DNA of 62,563 nt, counting the filler, from Asterionella formosa (taxonomy: Eukaryota), in the NCBI GenBank assembly GCA_002256025.1. It is 5 parts of 5 records of this genome, joined end to end, with 100 filler letters (N's around TTAATTAATTAA, not from the genome) between each part and the next. Parts side by side here need not be neighbours in the genome. Positions count along the whole stretch, not along the records: positions 1 to 28,448 come from NKIB01001224.1; positions 28,549 to 56,958 come from NKIB01001231.1; 3 more parts are not named here. One strand, written 5' to 3'. A model generated the notes under the pieces. That model saw only the letters and a program-made list of their open reading frames with translations, ran no database searches and was not told the DNA's origin. Made by a program: the position numbers and the translations under genes. Positions within the stretch are counted from its first letter, which is position 1. Every line of letters begins with the position of its first letter. Shown here piece by piece: positions 24,834 to 35,945 of the stretch.

Positions 24834-26940
24834 CTAACCGAATTTTCGGCTACTGAAATCCACTGATCGTCCAGTGATGAGAACGAAAAAATCGATTAAA
24901 AAGCCTCTCCACCAAGTTCTAACAGACATTTTGTAAGTCTCGATCGAATCAGCAAAGGTACGAGGGAGCATAATATCGTTTCTGCCAAAGGCATACTTGC
25001 TTGTATTGGCCCGTCCGTCAGCGATGAGTTCCGAAGCGACAGGACGATTCAGACTAGCCTTGGCCGCGACTAGCGTATCATTTGGAGTACTGGTCATCAC
25101 CTCTGATTCGTTGTAAGTCAAGGGCATAACAAGATTTGAGCCTCTTGACGCTGCAGATCCAAAAGCAATGAAGCGGTCCAAAGTGCTTCCTCCGAGTTCC
25201 AGATTCATGCCTCGCACCAGGTTAGAACACCTCAAACAGAATAAAAGATCCCGTGATTGTCCTTCCATGAATTTATTAAATGCAGAAGGTGAAAATGCAT
25301 CTCCTCCATATTTTTCTTTCAAATGCTTCATCATCGCTTCTCTAGCTGACTTCCCCATGGCGGTACCTAGCTTGACGTTTCCCAAGGGAGAATCGTAACC
25401 CACCAACGACGATGGGATTCGATAAGTCAGCATCAATCCCATAAGGTCGAGATAGTTATCGGGAAGACCCAGACCACTGATTCCTTTCATTGCTTGTTGA
25501 TCGTTGCCATTGACAAGACCAGCCCAAAGATTGCAATAACTCGATCGAAAGGTTTCATCAAGACGACGATACATCCCATGGTCCAAAAGAACAATGTCAA
25601 ACTCTCCTTTTGTGAACCTTGGTCTGATGAATATATTCCCTGGGTGAGCATCAGCATAAACAAATCCGTGCACCATCATGAGTTCCGCAAATAGAGAGCA
25701 AGCAGCTGCGGCAACCATTTTTGTCGAGATCCCATGCTCAGCCAGTCTTGCCTTGTCAGTAATGCGAAAGCCTTCTTCGAATGACATTGTTAACATTTTT
25801 GATGTTGTGAGGTGGCTAAATGTATTCGGGACAATTGTCTCTGGTGGTTTGGGCGTGGACCCAGTGATGGTGTAAACGAGCGTTTGGAGAAGTGATATGT
25901 TTGTAGACAATGGGACACCTTTGAGCATTCGCTTTGCGCGCTCGGCATTTCTGGCTTCCTGAGTGAAGTCTAGCTCTGCAATGATTGTTTTATGGAATTC
26001 AGGGCTATAAAAGTGGCAAAGAATGAGTGACAACCGACGAAAATGAAAATGTCAAGCTCAAGCTGGATGGTGAATAACAACACACTTACAGCATCCAATC
26101 AAAGCCAGCCCCGGGGAAAGCTCTTTCTATTGCACGGGACAAGAGACTCAACGCTGCCATGTCCGCTTTTGTTGAGGCATCTAAATTTGGTCGCTGAACT
26201 TTGAGCGCAACTTTTGTTCCATCTTTCAGTGTTGCCGCGTGCACCTGGGCAAGGGAAGCAGACCCCAGTGGAACGAACTCGATATCGTCAAAGACCAGCT
26301 CCCACAATGGTCCCTTCTGGTGGCTTTGATTTGGATATATGGTGCGTAGTTCTTGTTCAATGCATTTCAGGACCTGATCAATTTCCAGTGGAGCACATTC
26401 ATCTTGTAGCGGTTTTAGGGCCTCGACATATTCCGTCGGGATGAACCCACCAGAAGTTGTCGCAATGTATTGTCCCAATTTTACCAACAAGCCTCCGTGT
26501 GTAGTGCAAGCTTCGTGTAGTGACTTTGCGTGCCTCGCATGCACTTTGTGTAGATCCTTGTCCTTGTCAAACATACCATGAAACTTGTATTCTAGCATAG
26601 CGCTGGCTGATCGAGTGAGCACGTCCAGGAACCTTGCCGCCACCATCGCCTTGACCTTGGTATCGGTGAGAGTCGATCCAGCAGCCTCGTTGAAATTCCT
26701 TATGCTCCATCGAAGCTCTTTGCCTGTCGCGTCAAGGATACGCTCGGCAGTATCCTGATCGGTCGAATGAATGGAGCGGTCGATCACGACAGAATCAGAC
26801 TGAGAATCTACCAGTTTGTTTGCTGCCTTTTGAATCTTCTCTTCTCTCAGCCTTCTTGATTCCAAGTTAATCGAATAGACCGAAGCACCCGCCAACGCAG
26901 TGGAAGCAGCGATGGCTGAAAGTTTTCGAGCTGTCATCAT
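24834..26940 (-). CDS. ABC1/UbiB (ADCK)-family atypical kinase, 2 exons (26940-26090, 26004-24834)
   Basis: KxGQ (VKLGQ), LQD, GSASLAQVH, VALKVQ, ELDF..EA, ADAHPGN, LDHG. GTAAGT...TAG intron at 26005-26089. Confidence 0.92.
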
Positions 26941-27019
26941 CGCTACGAAAATGTCTCAATGAATGATTTATAAAGTGGAAGAACAATGAAGAAGAAATGA
27001 AAGTCTTGCCTATGTACTG

Positions 27020-27725
27020 GTTTTTGGTACCCTGGTACCTGGTACCAGATACCTGGTACACGAGTATGCAGATCAGCATCGTAAAACTTGGAATAGTAAA
27101 AACCTTCTCACAAGGGGCACATCAGCGTCTTGCTTTACTACGGTACCAGGTACAGTCTATCATTACGGTAGGAGTCTCCTACCGGTAGTGCAAATTAAGC
27201 CGGGTATAGTAAACCACGTATACTATATTTTGTTGATGTCGTGGTGGTATTACTGGTAAAAGCTATGATGTGTTGGTACCTGTTACCAGGTACCAGGTAC
27301 AAACATCATAGCATGCGACACTTTTGAGACATGCATGTATCAACAGCCATTATGATGTGGTCTAAAAATTTACGACCTTCTAAAGAACCTGGTAGAGTAT
27401 GTCGCCAGGTACCTTGTACCATGTACCTGTACTCCAGTGCTCAAGTGGATGACAGCAACAGTTACAGGTACTGGTACCAGGGAGGCTACTACTGCTTTGT
27501 AGCTCTATTTCACAAGAACGTTCCAATCGATTGCCGGTGCTGGTATCGTAGCTACTGGTACCTGGTAGGAGTACCAAGTATCATACGGTTGACAGGGTAC
27601 CTGGGACCTGGTACAAGGTAGACTGCCAACCTGGTACCTGGTACTAGTAGTCTACCTGGTAGTGGAGTGGGGGGGCGGAGAGACAGTTTCGAAAATGCAT
27701 ACCCTGTATCGGTATCGGTACCGGA
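27020..27725. repeat. Dense cluster of TACCAGG/TACCTGG/TACCGG palindromic short repeats
   Basis: For example GGTACCCTGGTACCTGGTACCAGATACCTGGTA at about 27027-27059. Similar clusters occur at 31300-31570, 43445-43500, 43800-44270, 47790-47990, 48375-48450, 51660-51735 and 61715-61810. Confidence 0.9.
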
Positions 27726-27732
27726 ATGATTG

Positions 27733-28448
27733 TGTTGAGGGGAACCTTATCGTGAATAAAGGTGAACTACAATATTATGACTATTCTATTGCTGTTCCAA
27801 GTACATCGTTGTCAGCACTCACGCATGTACCTAATCTGGTGGCTGCGCCGGTATGGTTCGTACGGCGCATGTATGGAGCATCATATGCAGATATTAACAC
27901 ACCCTCACCAACAGATGCAGGCAGGAGAACAGGAGCGGGGAGGGAGATGCTATCAGCATCGGAAGCCAAGCACGCATAATAGTTAGGAGGACTAGGGAGG
28001 GATGGAGGGCAATGGAGGTAGTGCGGGCGCATCAACATATGATGGGAAGCGGGATGATGTTTAGTGAAATAATCAGCACGATTCAAACTACCTTTTTTCC
28101 AGTATACAAGAAATTGGCCTTGGCGAACCCGATCGCGTACCCAGTAATAACGCATATCCATAGCTTTGGAACGTTTTTGTTGGACAGTATCATTGGCGAT
28201 GCCACTGGCAGTGCTATTATCGGTGACAATACGGGTAGAAGGTTGGGGATGACCAAGCTCAGCAAGAATGGTGCGAATAGCATATGCCTCTTTGCCATTG
28301 TGGAATAAAGCAGCTAATTCGGCCTCAGCAGCACTGGATACAACCTCCTTAAGAATTTGACAGTGGACGTAAATAGCACCGTTAAGAGGAGGGATGGATG
28401 TAGTGAGGCTAGGTGGAGACACGGGTTTACAGCTGAGAAAGTGAATGC
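27733..28448 (-). mobile_element. 3' end of a Ty1/Copia (CoDi-like) LTR retrotransposon: RNase H, PPT and 167-bp 3' LTR (27733-27899)
   Basis: RNase H motifs SSAAEAE, TDNSTA, KRSKAMDMRYYWVRDR, ADYFTKHH. On the minus strand the purine-rich GGTGAGGGTG abuts TGTTAATATC...CCTCAACA. Truncated by the gap. Confidence 0.95.
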
Positions 28449-28548
28449 NNNNNNNNNNNNNNNNNNNNNNNNNNNNNNNNNNNNNNNNNNNNTTAATTAA
28501 TTAANNNNNNNNNNNNNNNNNNNNNNNNNNNNNNNNNNNNNNNNNNNN
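28449..28548. other. Artificial contig linker (N run with TTAATTAATTAA)
   Basis: The identical 100-nt N/TTAATTAATTAA/N linker occurs four times in the window. Confidence 0.98.
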
Positions 28549-29580
28549 TTGATCGCTTCCATCGTTGTTTGTCGTTCCGCACTGTCGTTTTGTTTCGATT
28601 GTACATATCTACATAAGAACCAATGCATTTATCAATGACTACTCATTGAAGATGTGGTATTGTGCCGTTGTTGATCGTATTTGTTGATTTGTATAGTCGT
28701 TGACAATGATGTCAATATTGCCGCCAAGCAATGCTTCTCTTGTACAAACGCGCTTTGCTACATCTCTACTACGAGTTCGTATCAGAAGCTACATGACAAT
28801 ACTCAGCTAGAGAGAGTCAATAGTGCTGGAGCAGCATGGCAATCACGCTTGCTCAGAATGGAATGATCAGGGTTGCTTGTTTGGTGGGCGGTGGAGAGGA
28901 ATGACTGTGGTGGAAATACTGCTACTGGTGTCAGGCTACTACAGCGATGCGCATGGTTACAGCAACCAGACCATTTACGCTACATAACGATGTAGGTCAA
29001 GATTGGGTTCAGCTTTTCCCTTCTTATTTCGGTCTTCGATTGTGTGGTGATGGAAAGTCAAGCAATGTTGCCCCTCCTTGCCTAGTAGTGTGTAAGTACT
29101 ACAATGATTCACAATGCATATGTCTCCATTGGCACTCTTATTTTTTTAATTTCATTTCTAACCCAAAACAATTTTTTCTATTTCTCATTTGATGCTACTT
29201 ATTACATCGCATTTCATACTTTGGTTGCTCCAAACATCATGTTCAATTTTCATTGATGTTGCATGTTACAATCATTCTCGTGTGTTTTACGCTTGTTGTA
29301 CCATCTCTATGCATATTACCGTTATTCTGGTTGTCATGCTAAAATCGGCAATAATTTCCATATTGCCCTTAAATAAAAATTACTTCAGAAATTACTTAGA
29401 GCCTAAAAAGTTGCTTAGAAGTACCCGAATTGCAAGACGATAGCTGGAGCGGGAATTGCTGGAGCAGCTTGGCAATCATACTCAATCAGAATGAATTGGA
29501 ATGGAATGATCAGGGCTGTTTATTCGGAGGAATGTAAAAGTACCCGAATGGCACGACGATAAGCTGGAGCGGGAATTGCC
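28549..29580. repeat. Dispersed repeat, same family as 1-728 and 6190-6306
   Basis: 28750-29460 matches 1-728. 28549-28640 matches the reverse complement of 6190-6306. The 40-bp AGTACCCGAAT...GGGAATTGC segment is duplicated at about 29420 and 29539. Confidence 0.85.
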
Positions 29581-29627
29581 GGCATATTCCTTTTGTTCTC
29601 TACCCCTTCCGGTAGTGCATACGACGA

Positions 29628-29724
29628 CCTGCAAGTTGCGATCATTTTGCTTTAACTAACATTTTAATCTGGGATAAAGATAGCTAAATCTTTAGTTTCT
29701 TGAAAATTACCGCAAGTTGTCTGG
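29628..29724. mobile_element. MITE, copy 1 (degenerate)
   Basis: Homologous to 43555-43650 (inverted) and 61636-61717. Confidence 0.8.
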
Positions 29725-30026
29725 TGTACCGGCATACCTACATATAATATGCAGGCCAGACTGGCAGATCACCACGTACTCGAAAATGTCGTCACATCCT
29801 CACAGTCATGCTTACCGGCATAAGTAAGAAGGAAGAACATTTGTAACATACCTGGTACCTGGTACTTTCGCTTCCCTTCCATCATTCCACTGATCCACCA
29901 TCGCTCATCAGGCTGATTCATCGCGGTTTCAGGTCTGAGACGAAGGAAGTTTACCAAATAGTCAGAAGCGGTTCTTTGTTCGACTTCGGCAACCTTGATA
30001 GCACCAGATACTTACCTTTGTTAAAC

Positions 30027-30845
30027 ATGTACAGATCATTCATCCTACTTTCAGCACTCGCGGCACGATTTGCACATTGCTTCTTGGTCAACACTGTGCC
30101 TTGTGGTCCAAGCAGAAATGTACTTGCGGCCGAAAATGCTCCTGAAAAATCCTATATCACCCAGCCAATCAAGGATGTGATCGACATTGAGGGCGCCATG
30201 TCAGCGTTCTTTGGATCTAAAGAAGATTGGTCACCACTCTTTCGATTCTTGGCAACCGACGCTACCGTTCCGGCCATGACGTTTCTTGGGGGTTCTCCAG
30301 GAGATCAAGTCGTATTCGATGAACCTAATTCCATCGTTCGCCTGCAAGAAGCAATTCCCACCGATGAAGCTGACAGAGGAGTATTGGCAGGCTTTTTGGA
30401 CGCGATGCAACAATCACTCTTGGACATTCCCATCAATGAATTCGTCAAAGAGGATGATGCTGATATGCAGTTCTTGGAAGAAGGAAGACGCTTGTTGGTA
30501 GTTGGTCGATTCCAAGTACTTCGGGGAATCAGTGGGGGAACTATCCAATGTTTTGATAATCTCTTTTCCACTTGTTGGAACGAACTTGCTGAACTTAGCC
30601 GGTCAAATGAACCAAACACAGGATCTTTAATTGTTGTGCCTGACTATGACTTTTCCGATCTCCGACGATTCACTGATATGAACTTGCAGAGGCCGTTGGA
30701 ATGGCTGGGTTTGGGCGGAACCTTTGAAGTTACCAGCTTGGAGCGAGGCTCGCCGGCTATTCGACTCATTCACAAACTTTCTGAGATGCCGCACGAGCCT
30801 TGGAAGGAAGGAGGAGAAGATGAACTTCCATCCAATCTTTTGTAA
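30027..30845 (+). CDS. Uncharacterized, probably plastid-targeted protein
   Basis: 272-aa ORF with coding-like composition. Signal peptide MYRSFILLSALAARFAHC|F. Confidence 0.75.
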   Translation: MYRSFILLSALAARFAHCFLVNTVPCGPSRNVLAAENAPEKSYITQPIKDVIDIEGAMSAFFGSKEDWSPLFRFLATDATVPAMTFLGGSPGDQVVFDEPNSIVRLQEAIPTDEADRGVLAGFLDAMQQSLLDIPINEFVKEDDADMQFLEEGRRLLVVGRFQVLRGISGGTIQCFDNLFSTCWNELAELSRSNEPNTGSLIVVPDYDFSDLRRFTDMNLQRPLEWLGLGGTFEVTSLERGSPAIRLIHKLSEMPHEPWKEGGEDELPSNLL

Positions 30846-31597
30846 TCGAATAAGTGTGTTCAACTAAGGAAATAATTTAGAGCTAATATATGCGATTCTA
30901 TTCTTTAACGATTTTTCTTTTGGATGCTAGGCATTCTATAGTGTGTTACCATCATCCCTCATCGCCAAATTCGTGGTGGACCCTGCCTAATTCGATGGTC
31001 TAATGCACTGTAGTAAGACAGAGTTGACTAAAGCTATGTCTGATACATAGTCCGATAATATTTGATGAATGAACAAAAGTGCAACTGTTGTTTATTCGCC
31101 CTTATTGTTGTATTTTGCTGATAATACCTTTCATCGTTTTTGTCTTCGTGAGGCAAGGTTTTGTCCCCCACGGGCATGATAGTCAAGAAAATAGGAGTAC
31201 CAACGATATGGTTATCACTGCCGAGTCACTAGGATTGTGGACTCGCCCCCTGCTTGAAGGAGTAGCGGTACGTGAACTTCTTGTAACAAATGATTTTGTA
31301 CCGGTAGACTACCGGTTTTTCGTATCTACCGGAATCATGTAGCAGTACCCTGGTACCTGGTGAACTCACCTGATACCAGTACCACTTTTCCTGGTGCTCC
31401 TGGCTACCGCTACCTCCTCCGGTGTTCCTACCAGTTACGGGTACCGGGGGTAGGGTACCAGTAGCTACCTGTTAGCTACCTGGTACCAGGTACCATGTCG
31501 TATCAGGGGTCCAGTTACGCCCTGGTCGCATACTAACTAGTACCAGGTACTAGGTACTAGGTACCTGATACCGTTTCAGCGCTGTACATCAGTTTCC

Positions 31598-31605
31598 GCG
31601 CCAAA
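31598..31605 (-). promoter_or_regulatory. E2F-like site upstream of MND1
   Basis: GCGCCAAA (TTTGGCGC on the minus strand), about 400 bp upstream of the MND1 ATG. Confidence 0.3.
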
Positions 31606-31999
31606 AAAAGGCAGCGGCGGAATTGAAGCAATGTCATGGAGGATGAAGTGCGAATGCACACATTGGCATGCATCCACATCATACATCATGGGGGTGCATT
31701 ACATATCTACCGGCATAAATATATATAATGTATTTCTGGCAAAAACGAGGAAGAAATAAAATATTTGTAACAATGATCATGCATAATAAAGAAAGAAACA
31801 ATAAATACTTGAACATATTTTTTGATGACAACCGATATATAATTCTTATCTGAATACAGCTTCACTAAACCCTTTTTCTTCGTATCGTTCTTTGAGCTCT
31901 CCATCTTCAATCTCTGCCTTCTCCCGCTTTGGATTGGTTAATTGCAACTATTTACTTTCATTCAACGCAATCTTCGAAACAGGAAATTCAGTTTTCAAA

Positions 32000-32844
32000 A
32001 TGGCGAAGCGTATGTCAGCGGAAGAAAAGCGAAAGACAATCCTCGATGTCTACCACAAGACGAAGCAAGTATACACAGAGAAGGAGATTCTCACCCTTTG
32101 TGCCAAAGCTGGAGTCAACGCGAATACGTGAGTATATATCCCGTATAAGGTGTGATTCATCATCGTTGTGCAATCATGATCAGATTTCAGATTTGTCGGC
32201 GGCATCTCGCAATTCCAACTCAACAGTTCCGGATCTGATGGTCCAACTCACTATTGTTCTTTTTTAATATACAGAATTCCGGATATTAACCAATCTCTAA
32301 TCGACGATGGTCTTGTCGATAAGGAAAAGATTGGAGGCTCCAACTACTTCTGGTCCTTTCCCGCCAAGCGCGATCGCATCATGCAACGTCAACATGAAGA
32401 AACAAAATTGACAATTGAGTCCCTCAAGGTCCAGGTGGCAGAAGCAGAAGTAAAGCTCGCGGATGCCAAACGCGGTCGAGAAGATGACGACGGAGAGCGC
32501 ATCAAAAAATTGGCCCGTCTCGCAGACCTTTCCAAGGAAAAAGCGACCATGCAATTGGAACTCGACTCGTTGAAGGAGAACGATCCTCAAGTCTTGGCCG
32601 ACTTTGAGAAAGAACTTCAGCTAGTGATTCAAGCTGCACACCGATGGACGGATAATATTTTTTCTTGCAAGTCATACTTGACCAAAAAGCGCGGGATGGA
32701 TCCGAAAGAGGCCTGCAAATTCCTTCAGATTACGTCAGCTTTTGATTGTAAGTCTTATCTTGGACTACCGACGTTGGTGATATTTGTGTGTTGATGCTCA
32801 CATTGGTGCTTGTTTTAGATCCCGAAGATAAGATCCCAAAGTAA
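32000..32844 (+). CDS. MND1: Meiotic nuclear division protein 1, 3 exons (32000-32127, 32275-32747, 32819-32844)
   Basis: MSAEEKR, SLIDDGLVDKEKIGGSNYFWSFP, ENDP, AAHRWTDNIF. Both GT-AG introns restore the reading frame. Confidence 0.93.
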
Positions 32845-33036
32845 AAATTCCAGACAACCTTGGCATAAGATTTGTACGTGAACTCATCATGTGTTCAGCT
32901 ACGTTGGGACGCGCTTAGAATCGTTACCATTTTATTCATTCATTTTTTCAATGCACAATTAGAAATAAATCATTTTTCGCTATGTAGTGGTGTTATTTGC
33001 GCCTAAGAACTAAACCCATAGACCTTTGATGTACTT

Positions 33037-33955
33037 AACTTGATCAATGCGCTACAAGTTGAATTATTCTCATGGGTAATGCCTCCCATGTAAGTATCTG
33101 GATGATTATCGGTTACTCCTTACTGGGTAACAGGGGCTGCTTCTCGTGTCCTGTACTTGACAGGAGGTGACTACATGTATATCCTAACATGTACTCCGTG
33201 GACTGTATAACAATATAGACCTATTGATCCCAGTAGACCAATTTTAATACTGTACAATATAATAATGGACTATTGAGAGTATAATAATTTGTTATTGAAA
33301 AAATGCGTCACTGACAATTTTACCAGGCGTAAACAAAACGAGCAAACGCTGTGTACTTAACATGCTGGTGGAATCAAGATTCCTTTGTCCAGCCTCAGTC
33401 ATCATTAACTGCGTAGATGTGGTCAGACACAGCATGGTACTCTCTCTCTGGGCGAATACAATTGCGTCATTTTGCAGCAACTCAAGTGCCGAGCAGCTTA
33501 TTTTTAGGGCGGATAACATAGAAAACACAATTCATTTTTCTACATGAGGGTCGACTTACTCGAAAAAATGCCTTTTTATTAGTTATTCAGATGTGAGTAA
33601 AAACTCGTAATCACTAATTAAAAGGATAGTATGTTTTAAAGCCCATTCGTATTCCCCTATTTCTAAGCAAGTCTTTCATGGTGCTACTACCTGCCAACGA
33701 AACCTGTGCTTCCCTAATTTTGTTTGTGTAGGTAAATCTCCAACCACCTTCCACGAAAGGTGATTGTCTTTGCCGCAGCACTAGGGGAAACTCCGACCAC
33801 CTACTAGGAAGGCGACGAAAGCTGCTTGTAGGGGGCAAATCCACTATTTCTTGCACACCAAGCAAGACCGTGCGGGACTTTAAGGAGGGTGGGAGTCAAG
33901 CCCAACAATCGCTTCTACACAGCGGGGATCAAAGGCAATGAGCTCATCTGACTAA
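33037..33955. ncRNA. Candidate structured noncoding RNA or RNA element, family unidentified
   Basis: Many mutually nested helices (see findings), CpG retained, no credible ORF. Strand and boundaries are uncertain. Confidence 0.45.
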
Positions 33956-34101
33956 GCAATTCCCTTTGAATATATCAACTATATGATCTGAATATACCAC
34001 ATTGATTATTTGATCAGAGTACTATCATGTTTTCATTCCTGGTCATCACTATATTACATGATCCTCATCTTCGCGTAATTATTTGAAATATATGTGATTT
34101 T

Positions 34102-34340
34102 GTTCACGTAACCTTAAATTTCATTCAAGTAATTCTGTATTATAGTTCACGTAACTTGTCAATTCTGTTCACGTAATTCTATAATTTAGTTCACGTTATG
34201 TATTAATTCTGTTAAACGAAATTCTATTATTTTGTTCACTTTATTTTCAAAAGTTCATTCAAATAATTATCTGAAAGGGTCATTCAACTAATAATCAGAA
34301 GGTCGTTCAACTATGTATCGTCTGAAGGGTGTTCCTCAAC
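34102..34340. repeat. Degenerate tandem array with a ~22-bp period and core GTTCACGTAA
   Basis: Cores start at 34102, 34123, 34145, 34167, 34189, 34211 and 34234, then decay. Confidence 0.8.
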
Positions 34341-34399
34341 TAGTTTCAAAATTCTATCAAATAATGTAGTGGACCAATTTAACTATTTCACTCTGCATG

Positions 34400-35559
34400 A
34401 GAAATAAATCTTGACATGCAATCAAGGCTGCACTTTCAGAATGGAATCTGCAGTTCTTGAGAAGGCAGGCATTATGGGAAGTCTAAATGAACAATGCAAG
34501 AACAAGAGAAGCGGTTCATTCAGAATGGAACAATTTTTACTCATGAACAGGCATCATTCTTGTGCGACGTTGTTGCAACAGGAATAGACTTCACTGGCAT
34601 CCTCCTTCTTGTCCTTAAAATGCCTTCTTGTTCATTGGCCTGCAAAGATTTGAAAAATCTTTCCATAATTTTAGTTTTCCATGCGTTTTCGGCAAACTCA
34701 AGGAAAATGAAGTTTGCTTTGGCATAATAACTCTACACATTTCACATGCTGACTCTTCACAAAAGTAGCTGCCTTCGGGATTGTTCTCGATGATTTTACG
34801 AAGAAATTTGTTTTCTTCCATGTATGATTTAGAAAAAGATTCAATTTGTTTCTTCAAACTTCGTTCCCAACTCAGTGCATCAACTGCCTTATCCAGCATC
34901 ACATCTCTGTCTGCATTGATCTTTTTGAATTCGAGGTCTTGATCTAGCTCGGACTTTTTCTTGAATATCCTTTCTTTTAGAAATGCAATAGTTTCTCTGC
35001 TTTCATGATGTTCATCTTGATGTTCTGGACGAATAGTGAGACAGCATATTTCTTGGTTTTGCAACTTTTCAACCATTTCTACTTCAGAAGTGATGTCTCC
35101 CAGATTTCCGCCGGTATTTTCATTCAGCGCATGAATTTGTTCATCAAATGAATGAGAATCACTGAGTTCTTCTTCATTATCAGCGATTTCAGGAGAATAA
35201 GGAGCAAAATACGACACTGGATGGAACTGTGACTCTGTAGGAATAGAGTCTTCATCCGTGAAGAACAACTGTTTGGGTTTCCTCTGCTCTTCGAAAGCAA
35301 TCTTTCCTTCTTTTCAATCTCTACCACTATTGTATCAGCAAACTTGCTTCATTATTTTTTCTGGAGTATTATGAATCTGTTCAAAATCATCTGATATTTG
35401 AGTGTATTCAAAGGAATCTTCGATTGATTTCATCACTTTCTTCATTTTCTTTTCCGAAAACGTAAAGTCGTGTAGTGCAAACAATGGAAGTAAGTCACGT
35501 TTCTTGTTTGACTGATCCTTTGCATGAAATTCATGAAATGCCATTTGGAAAGTTGTCAA
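34400..35559 (-). pseudogene. Decayed coiled-coil/acidic ORF, probably transposon-derived
   Basis: ORFs 35335-35559 and 34615-35268 are in the same frame, separated by TGA stops. An apparent frameshift near 34720 is followed by more stops. No recognisable domain. Confidence 0.45.
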
Positions 35560-35945
35560 AGGGCCAGAAGACTACTATGATGTAAAACAGTGGAAGGGAA
35601 ACGCGGAGCTTTTTGCGGCGCTTGTGGAGGTGCAACTGGTGTGATGGTAACCGAGTGTAGTAATTGTTGAACAGAGCACAGTGTAATTTGCATGTTCCGC
35701 CAGCGTAGTGTTAACACAATACATTTGCCAGGATAAATAGCTATAATAAGGAAAACGACACGACGATGAACGTGATGGCTGGTTGTTGAGGATAGCGGTA
35801 TGTGATATGCATCAATCCATATCACAAATCATTTTATAGCGATGTATATATCAATGCATCCGTATACTTAGATCCTATCCACCAAATAATACTATCATGT
35901 TAACTGTTAGCTTTTACTGTATACATTAAAAAAAGAAAATATATA

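Noticed and set aside
28449..28548. TTAATTAATTAA flanked by Ns, four times
   Set aside because: Artificial contig linker. ORFs and gene neighbourhoods crossing it are not biological.
32128..32274. Box C/D snoRNA in MND1 intron 1
   Set aside because: Box C is non-canonical (ATGATCA) and no antisense rRNA guide was recognised.
33563..33955. Assignment of the structured region to RNase MRP, SRP, telomerase RNA, U snRNA, HDV/hammerhead ribozyme or group I/II intron
   Set aside because: Only partial motif resemblances. The helix order does not fit MRP, and I found no SRP helix 8, telomere template longer than 6 nt, hammerhead core or group II domain V.
34102..34340. CRISPR-like array
   Set aside because: The cores are only about 10 bp, the spacers are about 12 bp and related to each other, there are no cas genes, and the context is eukaryotic.
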